NCBI GenBank assembly: GCA_016203455.1
Contig: JACQMR010000009.1
Location: 6,524 to 70,523 of the forward strand
Direction: 5' to 3'
Source: Candidatus Wildermuthbacteria bacterium
GTDB taxonomy: Bacteria; Patescibacteriota; Minisyncoccia; Minisyncoccales; UBA10102
Length of the DNA stretch: 64,000 bases
Positions 1-8,947 of this stretch are shown in pieces; position 1 is the first letter of the stretch; each line of letters begins with the position of its first letter. A program made the position numbers and the translations under genes. The notes beneath the pieces are model-generated. The model ran no database searches, was not told where the DNA came from, and worked only from the letters and a program-made list of their open reading frames with translations.

Positions 1-10
1 CACTGCAAGA

Positions 11-120
11 GTTCTGTGGTTCTATGGCTCTGTGGTTCTATGGTTAAATGGTTAAATATCTATACGACTAACTGACTAACCGCCCAACCGTTCAGCCATT
101 TAACCGTGCAACAATATAAA
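11..120. repeat. Inverted pair of degenerate 8-nt tandem arrays
   Basis: GTTCTGTG GTTCTATG GCTCTGTG GTTCTATG GTTAAATG GTTAAATA (11-58), then CGACTAAC TGACTAAC CGCCCAAC CGTTCAGC CATTTAAC CGTGCAAC (65-112); CATTTAAC is the reverse complement of GTTAAATG. Confidence 0.8.
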
Positions 121-122
121 AC

Positions 123-995
123 ATGGACCTGTTTTCCATAAAGACCATAAAAGAACTGCTGGACCAGAAAGGCCTGGCGCCCAAGAAAGGCCTGGGACAA
201 AATTTTCTTGTTGAAAAAAGGGTTGCCGCGCTTGCCGTTCAAGCGGCAGGATTATCGGCGGAAGATTTCGTTTTAGAAATAGGGCCGGGTATTGGCACTC
301 TTACGGCTGAACTCGCCAGGGCCGCAAAAACCGTTACGGCCGTGGAAAAAGACGCGGATATGGTTTCTCTGCTCAAAGAAACCATGCGCGGCCATGACAA
401 CATCTCCATTATACGGGGCGACATCCTCACAACCGACATATCATCCTTAACCCCGTTAAGGTATCCACACCTTAACGGGGTTAAGGATGAAAGAGGATAC
501 AAAGTGGTGGCGAATTTGCCGTATTACGCCGCGGCTCCCATTATACGAAAATTTCTTGAAACAAATACAAAACCCTCTGTCATGGTCTTTATGACGCAAA
601 AAGAAGTCGCCCAGCGGATATGCGCGAAACCGCCTGACATGAATATTCTCGCGGCATCCGTGCAATTGTACGCCCTGCCAAGCATTGTATCTTTTGTGAA
701 AAAAAGCGCGTTCTGGCCCCAACCCGCCGTGGATTCCGCGCTTATAAAACTGGTGCCAAAACAGGGAGCGCCGCCCGCGGCCCCGGCGATATTCTTTGCG
801 GTTGTAAAAGCGGGATTCGCGCACCCGAGAAAACAGATATTCAGCAATATGCGAAAATCCCTGCCTCAACATTCGCCGGAAATAATCGCGGCGTGGCTTT
901 CGGCTCAACGCGTTGATCCAAAACAAAGAGCGGAGACCATTGCCCTGGAAACATGGGTCTCTCTGGCAAAAACATTTCCCGGAAACACTCTGTAA
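123..995 (+). CDS. rsmA: 16S rRNA adenine dimethyltransferase RsmA/KsgA
   Basis: LGQNFL, VLEIGPGIG SAM motif, VVANLPY, FWPQPAVDS. Confidence 0.95.
   Translation: MDLFSIKTIKELLDQKGLAPKKGLGQNFLVEKRVAALAVQAAGLSAEDFVLEIGPGIGTLTAELARAAKTVTAVEKDADMVSLLKETMRGHDNISIIRGDILTTDISSLTPLRYPHLNGVKDERGYKVVANLPYYAAAPIIRKFLETNTKPSVMVFMTQKEVAQRICAKPPDMNILAASVQLYALPSIVSFVKKSAFWPQPAVDSALIKLVPKQGAPPAAPAIFFAVVKAGFAHPRKQIFSNMRKSLPQHSPEIIAAWLSAQRVDPKQRAETIALETWVSLAKTFPGNTL
441..490. repeat. 50-bp palindrome (22-bp arms) in frame inside rsmA
   Basis: TCATCCTTAACCCCGTTAAGGT-ATCCAC-ACCTTAACGGGGTTAAGGATGA; right arm recurs at 53271-53294. Confidence 0.92.
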
Positions 996-1025
996 CATTT
1001 TGGGGTTGTGGCGTACAATATCTTA

Positions 1026-3353
1026 ATGCGCGTTTTTCTTCTCTCTATTTTTGGCATTACAATGTTCATGGGGCTGATTGGCTTTCTGCCCCTGACACTG
1101 CGCGCGGAGCATTTTGCCTGCCCTTCCGACCCTCTCCATCCAGACGCGCCTTTTTGCCCGCCGGAAAACCCCAGTCCTCCATCGGGGTCAAGGGGCGTAA
1201 CATTGCGTACAGACGGATTTTTGATTTTGTCGTGGGAAAACAACCCGTCTGCGCAATGGTATAGATATCAATACAAAAAATCGGATACCCCATGGCCTCT
1301 TTCAGACAAAGATAACGAACCGGGCAATGTAAAAACTCTCACCTCGGCCCCAGAAAGCAACCCCATACCGTTTAATGAGCTTGCCCCCGGACAAAAATAT
1401 GAATGGCGCGTAAAAAGCTGCGCCCCGTTTGACGACGCGGAAAGCGGTATTCACATGGACGAGTTGTGCGGACTCTGGGACGACAGCGATATATGGACAT
1501 TCACATTCGCGCTCAACCCGCCTCCAAAAGAGACACTGACCCCCAATCTTGAAACATCGTCTAAAGACGCGGAATTGCCGATTACCCTTTCTTGGGGCAA
1601 GGTGCCGCTCGCGCAATGGTATCAACTCTACGCGACTCCGTGCCTTAATTGGATCTGGTTTGATCTTGGAGAAGAAGAAGACGAAGACGCAGAAAACGGC
1701 CCTCCGGAAGAATGCTCGTTCTCAATCGTTCCGGATGCGGACGGCAAGCTGGAAGAATCATACAAAGACGACTTTTGCTATTTCACCAAAGACACGACCT
1801 ACATGTGGAGGGTGTCCGCTTGCCTTGTGCCGGGCAACGAAGCTTCTTGCGGTCCGTTTGTTCTCAACGAAGGACTGGAAAACGCAGAGCAACCGGTTGA
1901 GTTTAGAACAGGATTGCCGCCTTCTGATAAACCGTTTCTGCCGAGTCCTGAAATAACCGCTCCGCAATATTCTCCGGAGCAACCTTTGCCTGTAATCTCT
2001 TGGGAATCATCGCTCTCATGGAAAAGCCCCGACGACTGCGCGTATATACACAGAATCTCTTTAACGCGAGAAAGCGACGGGAAAATCTTCCGCATATATA
2101 CAAAAGACCCGCAGGACGAATCTCTCAATATGGGAGATACCATTGGAGCAAGGGGGCGGGATCCAGAAAGCATCTCGTTGGAGGATTTTTGGAGCGATGC
2201 GAATAATATCAATGCCGATTTTACATGGACAGTCGCCGGGTGCTGGGCAAACTCAACAGGCGGAAATGTTGACTGCGAGGGATCGGGAGAAAGCGCGCCT
2301 TCCAGGTTCCGCACCGCCGGAACTCCGCCTTTGTTATCTTTTCCAAAAAAGGGGGCATCCGTAAAAGTCCCGATTGTTCTGCAATGGCAAGGCATAAATG
2401 GCGCCGTATCATACGCGTTTGAGATTTCTCCGGACGGAACGCGCGAACCGGAACCGGGCGGAAATTTTACGAGCGTATCCGCGAGCGGGTCCGCGCTCTC
2501 CGCAACGGTCGCGATTCCTTACGCGGCCGGAAGCATTGAACCTGACAAAGAATACTGGTGGCATGCCAGAGCATGTCTTAACGCGAAAGCGACGGCGTGC
2601 GGGCCCTGGGCAGAACCGATTCATTTTTCTACGCTTCCCATACATACGCCGGCACAGACAACCCCCGCCAATGAAGATGAGGTTTTTGTGCCGGGTTTCA
2701 TATCCTGGCAAGCAGACCCGGGCGCTTCCTACTACCAATACGATCTCGCGTATTTCTGCAAAAATCCGGCTGAAACCCTGACTGCGTGCGACATACCCTC
2801 GTGCGCCCGCCCGGACACGGAATGGAGACCAAAAGTTCTCGCAACCAACACCATTACAAACAGCCCGTTCTTTTCCCAGAATCTCGCGTGCGCCGGGAAA
2901 TACCAATGGAGAGTGCGGTCATGCGCGGATAAAGATTGCGCGCTTGAAAGCGCAAGCGCATATACTCCCTTTATGACATTTCACGGCATAGACCCGCCTC
3001 ACACGGCCGGACTTGTACCCTGCCAGCGGGTTTCAAACAACCCAAACACGCCGTACAACGAAAAAGAGCCGTGCCAGCTCAAGCACGCGGGATTTTTGCT
3101 TCAAAATATTCTGGATTTTGTGCTTTGGAAACTCGCGCTTTTAGTATTTGCCGCGCTTTCGGCATTTCTCGCCGCTTCCACCTTCTTTTCTTTTGGCAGT
3201 GCGGATATTATTTCAAAAGCAAAAGAAATTACGCGATCGTATGCTTACGGATTTATCCTCTTAATGCTCGCGTGGGGAATTGTAAACATTATCATGAGCA
3301 TATTTGGATTCCATGCCGAATTTTTCGGGTACTGGTGGAAACTGCCGTTTTAA
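1026..3353 (+). CDS. Secreted Cys-rich protein with FN3/Ig-like repeats and a C-terminal VirB2/TrbC-like pilin domain
   Basis: Signal peptide; five [YF]xWxVxxC-like motifs; C-terminal GLVPC...PC followed by two TM helices; ATG 1026 preferred over GTG 1008 (TACAAT 6 nt upstream). Confidence 0.65.
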   Translation: MRVFLLSIFGITMFMGLIGFLPLTLRAEHFACPSDPLHPDAPFCPPENPSPPSGSRGVTLRTDGFLILSWENNPSAQWYRYQYKKSDTPWPLSDKDNEPGNVKTLTSAPESNPIPFNELAPGQKYEWRVKSCAPFDDAESGIHMDELCGLWDDSDIWTFTFALNPPPKETLTPNLETSSKDAELPITLSWGKVPLAQWYQLYATPCLNWIWFDLGEEEDEDAENGPPEECSFSIVPDADGKLEESYKDDFCYFTKDTTYMWRVSACLVPGNEASCGPFVLNEGLENAEQPVEFRTGLPPSDKPFLPSPEITAPQYSPEQPLPVISWESSLSWKSPDDCAYIHRISLTRESDGKIFRIYTKDPQDESLNMGDTIGARGRDPESISLEDFWSDANNINADFTWTVAGCWANSTGGNVDCEGSGESAPSRFRTAGTPPLLSFPKKGASVKVPIVLQWQGINGAVSYAFEISPDGTREPEPGGNFTSVSASGSALSATVAIPYAAGSIEPDKEYWWHARACLNAKATACGPWAEPIHFSTLPIHTPAQTTPANEDEVFVPGFISWQADPGASYYQYDLAYFCKNPAETLTACDIPSCARPDTEWRPKVLATNTITNSPFFSQNLACAGKYQWRVRSCADKDCALESASAYTPFMTFHGIDPPHTAGLVPCQRVSNNPNTPYNEKEPCQLKHAGFLLQNILDFVLWKLALLVFAALSAFLAASTFFSFGSADIISKAKEITRSYAYGFILLMLAWGIVNIIMSIFGFHAEFFGYWWKLPF

Positions 3354-3410
3354 AAAACAGGCGGCGGAATTCCTTTTTTTACGAGCGCGATGTATAATGC
3401 AATAATCTTT

Positions 3411-6400
3411 ATGCAAAAAATCCAACAAGGGGCAATGCGCATTCTCCGGGCTATCATTACGCCCCGATCCGCCGTTTTTCTCGCGCCGTGCCTCGCGCTT
3501 GCGCTGATTTTCGCGTTTACACCTTTTCATATTGCCCAAGCAGGCATTGCGTCTAGCATAGTAGACGCGATACTAGGTACTTTTCTAAACGCCGCGGATA
3601 ATATTTTTGGCTATCTTCTTACTCCAGTAGTATTGATCGTAGAGGCCTTATTCATAGGGATCACAAGTATATTTACAGTGGCTTTAGACATCATCTTAAC
3701 CCTCACAGTCCTCCCCGGCAAAAACCCTACTACTCCGGAATTTGTAACCGATGCGTGGGACGTAACACGCAACATAGCAAACCTCTTTTTTATACTTATT
3801 TTTGCCTTTATAGGTCTTGCCACCATTTTGCGTATTCCCAACTATGAAACACAAAAGCTTCTGCCTTCCCTGCTGATCGTCGCCCTGCTCGTGAACTTTA
3901 GTGGGGTTTTTGTTGGATTCATTGTTGACATCGGGAACATACTCACAACGATCTTCCTGCACGAGACCACCAAAATTGGCGGAGACTGGAATTTCTTCAC
4001 TGCTGCCGGGGGTCACTCCGCGGTACAGCAAATCATACGAATTATTTTTTACCTTCTTGCAACGCTTATCTACTTTGTCGTACTGATTCTTTTTGCCGTA
4101 CGCATACTATTTCTCTGGACTCTCACCATACTTGCGCCTCTTGCTTTTGTGGCCCGTATCCTTCCTCAAACCAAAAAATATTGGGACCAGTGGTTGCAAC
4201 AACTCGTACAGTGGTCTATTGTCGCAGTTCCCGTAACTTTTTTTATGTATTTAGCCAAGAAAGTACTCGAAGCTAGCTCAAATTATGGTTTTTCTCTCAA
4301 CGATGTCACAGAGCCATTGGGCTCTTTTGTAGCGCCGATCACCGCCCTCTTTCTTCTTGCCATAGGAGTCATGGCGAGCATGCAAATGGCCCCAGCAGGA
4401 GCGAAGGGGGCGATTGACTTTGGAAAGAAATGGGGGCTCCGCGGGGGTCTTGCCGCGGGGAGCGGGGCATGGAGAAGATTTGGAACCCCGGTGGAAAACT
4501 TTTCCGCGAAAATGCGGCAACGAGGACAAGATATCGCGGCAAAAGCCGGGCAAGACATGCGCAATGTCAATAAGGACAAAAATATTCTGCAGAGAAGCGG
4601 AGCGGCCGTGAAGTGGGCGGTTGCCGGAAAAACAATAGGCGGCCTGGGCAGAGGCATGGAAATGCTGGGACGCGAAGGGACCATGCGTATGCGCCAGCGG
4701 GATGAGAAAGAACTCAAAGCCGCGCAAGAAGAAGGAAAGAAAAATCCCGGAGACGCGATCAATCAGCTAGAGCAGGAGTTTGCCAAAGGGCCTGCCGCGA
4801 ATATGAACAGAATCACCGGCATTGTTACAGGACTCATAGGAAACGGCAATAAAGACGACATCAATAAGGCGCTCAACGACGGCCGCTTGACGCGCAACCA
4901 AATGCGGCGAACTTACAAACACGCGAAACAATCAGGCACTCCGTATCGCCGCATGATGGAAAAAGGATTCATGGAAGAAAGCATGGGCGACACCGCGGAA
5001 ACCAATCTGCTTGGAGTTGCCGCTGAAGACCGCAAGAGAACTTTGGAAGTCATCGCCGGAGAAGATATATCAAAAGAAATCGTTGATCTCACCAAATTTG
5101 ACCCGTCAAACAACGAAAACCAGGCAAAACTCCTGGACGAACTGATGAAGAACCGCGGCGCGGAACTTTTGCCCGCCATAGCAAAAATGGATCAAAAAGA
5201 CGCCCGCGACCGCATCTTGAAATATATTGCCGGAGACGGAACCGCCGAAGACCCGAAAATTCGCGCGCTTGCCAAGAATTCGCCCGCGGCCTTGAAATGG
5301 CTCACTTCAGGCCCGGGAGCAAGAATCCTGGGGACTGGCATAGATATGTCTCCTGCGCAGGCAGACCAGCTTATACGGGAAGCGCAGACAGAGGGCAAAA
5401 CAACGCAAGAACTTGAAACACGAAGAACACAGATCGCTCAAGCAACCCGAGAGGTGGATGATGATCCATCACTGGCCACTGAAAATCAAAAAAATGCCAA
5501 GAAAAACCAGCTTGCAAAAGAGGGGGAACTAATTGACCAGGAGTTGGAAACGCGCCGCTTCAGGAATATGTCGCCGGAAGCGCTTACGGAATTACAACGC
5601 ATATCGCCACGAGAACGCGAGCGACTGCAAACATTGTCTCTTGAGGATCTTGAGGCGGAACGGTCAATCTACACCAAAAAAGATATCGCGGGGCTTGAAG
5701 CAAAGAAGCGGGATTTGGAAAAGAAGATGGCAGATCAAATACAACAAGCCGCACAGGAAATCACTGGCGGAGAATTTGCGAGAGAACGAGAACGCATACA
5801 GACGACCTTCCAACCGCAAATCGCGAAATTGGATGGCGAACTAGATCGCGCAGAAAGAATAAGACGATCTCCTGCCATAAGGAAAGTGCAGGCGGAGCGG
5901 GCCGCGGCGGCCAAGGCACCAGCTCCCCTGGACCAGCAACCCGCGATTGTTCAGATTGCCGCCCTTGAGAAAGAGAGAGAGCAGTTACAACAAGACGCAA
6001 AGGTGCCGTTCGCCCCGGGCGACGCGGCAAGAAAACGCGTAAAAGAAATTAACGCGGAAATAAGTCTGCTGGAGTCCCAGAAACAAGAACAAACACCCAC
6101 ACAAGAAGATGATGTCTTAAAGTTGCAAAGCGATCTCTACCGAACGGAGGGGGGGAGAAATCCCGCAACCCGTGTTGCGTCGCTTGTGCCGGGGACCAAG
6201 CGGCATAGAGAAGCCCAGGAAATAAAACAGCGAATAGCCCAAGCTACCGAATCGTTTGATATGCGCACATATAGAAAGGCCGCCACCTACACCGATGACC
6301 GGTTGGCGGAAGAACTTCTGCAATCCAGTCAAACATCAGACACACATTCTGCAAATCTTGAGAACATCCGCGCTCAAATTCAAAACGAACCGCCAAACAG

Positions 6401-7730
6401 TCCGTTAAGAACCGCGCTTAGGCAAAAAGAGCAGGAGGTCGCCGATGAACTGCGGGACATTCAAGAAAACCAAAGGGAACTTTTGGGCGCTCGGCTCTTT
6501 AGAACCCAGCAAAAACTGGATGAGGCGCAAGGAATCGGCAAAACAATTGAAGAAGAAATAAGAGAACTCCAGAAAGAAAAAACAACTCTCGCGCCGAACC
6601 AAAGAAACGAGGCACAAGCAATTGACCGCGATATTCAAATCAAACGCACAGAACTAAAACAGCGCTCTACTGAAGCAGAAAGCATTGTCAAACAACAAAA
6701 AGAGGATCTTGAAATAATTGATACTCTTAAGATAGCCATGGACCCCTCGGCACGCGCCACGGCAGAAACTGCCGCAAAAACGGCGCGGGCGCGAGAGGCC
6801 GCGGCAAAAGCGCGAACCAATCTCAACCGTCTCATTACCTCTAACGCCCACCCGAACATTGTTAAAAAAGCCGAAGCGGAGGCCAAAAAGGCGCGCGTAA
6901 CGCAAGAAGAGCAGGAGCGGCTCTTGCTTGTGGTTGCCGCAAAAGAAGAACTGGAACAAAAGATTGCTCAAGAAAAAAGAGACGAAAACCCCGTTATGCT
7001 TGAGGATTATGACAACCAGCTAAAAGCGATAGAACAGGGAGAAGCTCTGATGCAAAGAGATAAAAGGTATCTAAATCGCGCGGCGGCGGCACGGCTTGAA
7101 AAAGACCAGCAAAACTATATCCGAACTGTTCTTATGCCGCATAAAACAAAAGAACTGCAAGAACGCATGGACAACGAAATAAAAAGACAGGCGGAACTGG
7201 CAAAGGTTCAGGAACGCAAAAAAGCGAAGAATAAAAATGCTCCGCCCGATCAGACGCCGCCCTCCGGCCCGCCCCCCTCAACCCCGCCGCCCAGACCTTC
7301 TTCCGGCCCCTCTTCTTCAACTCCCCCGCCGCCCCAAAGACCGCGCGCTCCCAGAGGCGGAGGCGCAAGCCAGGCGCCTCCGCCTTCTAGCGGCGGCGCC
7401 CGGTTTGCCGGCGGCGCGCAAGGAATGCAGGATTTTGGCACAAGACCTTCCGCGCCCACTCCACCTAGTACTCCCCAAAACTCTAGGTTTGCAGGAACAT
7501 CAACACCGGGAGGAATGCAAGATTCAGAGAACGAACCGCAAATCGGAGATTTGGCTCATTGGGTCGGTAACGGGGTACAACGCACACATCAACCGATCAA
7601 AATAACGCGAATTGAAATGGGGCCGGATGGTAAAAAATACGCTTTTATTGAGCATCAAGATCCTAGAGACGCAACATCTAGCGCGATCCCACTTAATGAG
7701 TTGATAAAAGAAGCGAATCCGCGCGCATAA
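3411..7730 (+). CDS. Giant VirB6/TrbL-like membrane protein with long coiled-coil and Pro-rich tail
   Basis: N-terminal ~330 aa polytopic region (RNIANLFF, ALLVNFS, ILAPLAF...LPQTKKYWDQW), then ~950 aa charged helical region; start could be 3390. Confidence 0.7.
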   Translation: MQKIQQGAMRILRAIITPRSAVFLAPCLALALIFAFTPFHIAQAGIASSIVDAILGTFLNAADNIFGYLLTPVVLIVEALFIGITSIFTVALDIILTLTVLPGKNPTTPEFVTDAWDVTRNIANLFFILIFAFIGLATILRIPNYETQKLLPSLLIVALLVNFSGVFVGFIVDIGNILTTIFLHETTKIGGDWNFFTAAGGHSAVQQIIRIIFYLLATLIYFVVLILFAVRILFLWTLTILAPLAFVARILPQTKKYWDQWLQQLVQWSIVAVPVTFFMYLAKKVLEASSNYGFSLNDVTEPLGSFVAPITALFLLAIGVMASMQMAPAGAKGAIDFGKKWGLRGGLAAGSGAWRRFGTPVENFSAKMRQRGQDIAAKAGQDMRNVNKDKNILQRSGAAVKWAVAGKTIGGLGRGMEMLGREGTMRMRQRDEKELKAAQEEGKKNPGDAINQLEQEFAKGPAANMNRITGIVTGLIGNGNKDDINKALNDGRLTRNQMRRTYKHAKQSGTPYRRMMEKGFMEESMGDTAETNLLGVAAEDRKRTLEVIAGEDISKEIVDLTKFDPSNNENQAKLLDELMKNRGAELLPAIAKMDQKDARDRILKYIAGDGTAEDPKIRALAKNSPAALKWLTSGPGARILGTGIDMSPAQADQLIREAQTEGKTTQELETRRTQIAQATREVDDDPSLATENQKNAKKNQLAKEGELIDQELETRRFRNMSPEALTELQRISPRERERLQTLSLEDLEAERSIYTKKDIAGLEAKKRDLEKKMADQIQQAAQEITGGEFARERERIQTTFQPQIAKLDGELDRAERIRRSPAIRKVQAERAAAAKAPAPLDQQPAIVQIAALEKEREQLQQDAKVPFAPGDAARKRVKEINAEISLLESQKQEQTPTQEDDVLKLQSDLYRTEGGRNPATRVASLVPGTKRHREAQEIKQRIAQATESFDMRTYRKAATYTDDRLAEELLQSSQTSDTHSANLENIRAQIQNEPPNSPLRTALRQKEQEVADELRDIQENQRELLGARLFRTQQKLDEAQGIGKTIEEEIRELQKEKTTLAPNQRNEAQAIDRDIQIKRTELKQRSTEAESIVKQQKEDLEIIDTLKIAMDPSARATAETAAKTARAREAAAKARTNLNRLITSNAHPNIVKKAEAEAKKARVTQEEQERLLLVVAAKEELEQKIAQEKRDENPVMLEDYDNQLKAIEQGEALMQRDKRYLNRAAAARLEKDQQNYIRTVLMPHKTKELQERMDNEIKRQAELAKVQERKKAKNKNAPPDQTPPSGPPPSTPPPRPSSGPSSSTPPPPQRPRAPRGGGASQAPPPSSGGARFAGGAQGMQDFGTRPSAPTPPSTPQNSRFAGTSTPGGMQDSENEPQIGDLAHWVGNGVQRTHQPIKITRIEMGPDGKKYAFIEHQDPRDATSSAIPLNELIKEANPRA

Positions 7731-7735
7731 AAAAG

Positions 7736-7780
7736 AGGGGAGAAGCAGTTTGGATTAAATCCTTCCTGCTTCTCCCCTTT
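7736..7780. terminator. Hairpin between convergent genes
   Basis: AGGGGAGAAGCAG (7736-7748) / CTGCTTCTCCCCT (7766-7778) with A and T flanks. Confidence 0.7.
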
Positions 7781-7791
7781 AAAACCGCCGC

Positions 7792-8265
7792 CTACGCCGT
7801 GGAATCATCCGGTGGCTCGGCGGCAATGCCGCCGCCTTCTTTCTCGTCAGCCGATTCCTCGGCCAATAGAATTTCCTGCCACCTGGCGTGCGCCCGCGCA
7901 CGCCGATCGGGCAGGACTCGCTCAACGCGTCCTGCCGCGGTTTGAGCGGCCGAAAGGGTCCCAAGATCCCGTTCGGCGGCATCTAACTCGGCGGCGGCGG
8001 CCCGGGCGCGCACAAGGCGCGCCGTTACACTCGTCGCCAGGCTGGCCCTCTCGGCGGCCGAGGGAAGCCCATCCCCCCCGCCAAGAACTGCTTGTCCAAC
8101 ACCCAGTTGGCGACGGAGATCCTCCAGAGGACTATCTCCCGCAGTGTCCTCTGGCGGCGCATTCTCGTTTTTGTTGCGCCGCCGCACCACCACCGCCACC
8201 GCCACAAAAAACCCTCCGGTCGCCACCATGGCGACCGCAATCAGAAGCCATCCCCACCACTCCAT
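7792..8265 (-). CDS. Orphan GC-rich membrane-anchored protein
   Basis: N-terminal TM helix then RRR; SD GAGGAGG before ATG 8265; own promoter. Confidence 0.7.
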   Translation of the reverse strand: MEWWGWLLIAVAMVATGGFFVAVAVVVRRRNKNENAPPEDTAGDSPLEDLRRQLGVGQAVLGGGDGLPSAAERASLATSVTARLVRARAAAAELDAAERDLGTLSAAQTAAGRVERVLPDRRARAHARWQEILLAEESADEKEGGGIAAEPPDDSTA

Positions 8266-8320
8266 GGAGTCCTCCTCTGGGACCAAAACTTCGCAAGACC
8301 CTATCTTACGAGCTGGCAAT

Positions 8321-8349
8321 ATCATACATCATAATACATAAAATGTCAA
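8321..8349 (-). promoter_or_regulatory. sigma70-type promoter
   Basis: TTGACA-17 nt-TATGAT on the minus strand. Confidence 0.7.
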
Positions 8350-8460
8350 GGATTTTGAGTATTCCTGTTTAGCGCGCGCCGCCTTTCCTGCGGACGCATA
8401 CGCGCGTCTTTGCATACAAAACACCGTGGATTGTGATATACTCAATTTATACATTTATCT

Positions 8461-8907
8461 ATGGCAATCACATACACGCAGGTGCAAAAAGACGCAATAC
8501 TAACAAAACTCCCGCAGGAGCTCAAAGACGCGCTGTTTTCCCTGGAAACAGCGGACGCCATCCTGGAGATATGCGAAAACGCCGGCATCATGGATGAACG
8601 GGCGAATAAAATATCTGAACTGGCAGGGGATGTGTTATTGGGATTGTTGCTCCCGCAAGATTTTTCCGGCGCGCTGGAAAAAAACCTCGGACTTTCCGCG
8701 CAAGACGCGCAGGCAATAGCCAGGATCATGAACCGAACCGTGTTCTACCCGGTAAAACCTGCTTTAGAGCAAATCCACCGCATGGAAATTGAGGTGTCCG
8801 CCAAAATTGTAACGCCAGAACCCCGGAAATCCGGCGAAGAATCCAAAGAACAAGGGCCGCCGCAAAAACCAAGCGGAGAAGATAGATACAGAGAACCGCT
8901 GGAATAA
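8461..8907 (+). CDS. Hypothetical protein of the T4SS-like cluster
   Basis: 148-aa ORF ending DRYREPLE, resembling the DPYREP tail I recall in CPR proteins from such clusters. Confidence 0.7.
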   Translation: MAITYTQVQKDAILTKLPQELKDALFSLETADAILEICENAGIMDERANKISELAGDVLLGLLLPQDFSGALEKNLGLSAQDAQAIARIMNRTVFYPVKPALEQIHRMEIEVSAKIVTPEPRKSGEESKEQGPPQKPSGEDRYREPLE

Positions 8908-8912
8908 TGCGT

Positions 8913-8947
8913 TTGTATTGCGTAGTTTGTATTTTGTATCTGGTATG
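8913..8947 (+). repeat. 7-nt tandem array, left arm flanking four-helix-bundle gene
   Basis: TTGTATT GCGTAGT TTGTATT TTGTATC TGGTATG; the last unit supplies the ATG. Confidence 0.88.

Noticed and set aside
7250..7400. C-rich repeats as a DNA element
   Set aside because: Explained by the Pro-rich linker codons of the VirB6-like protein.
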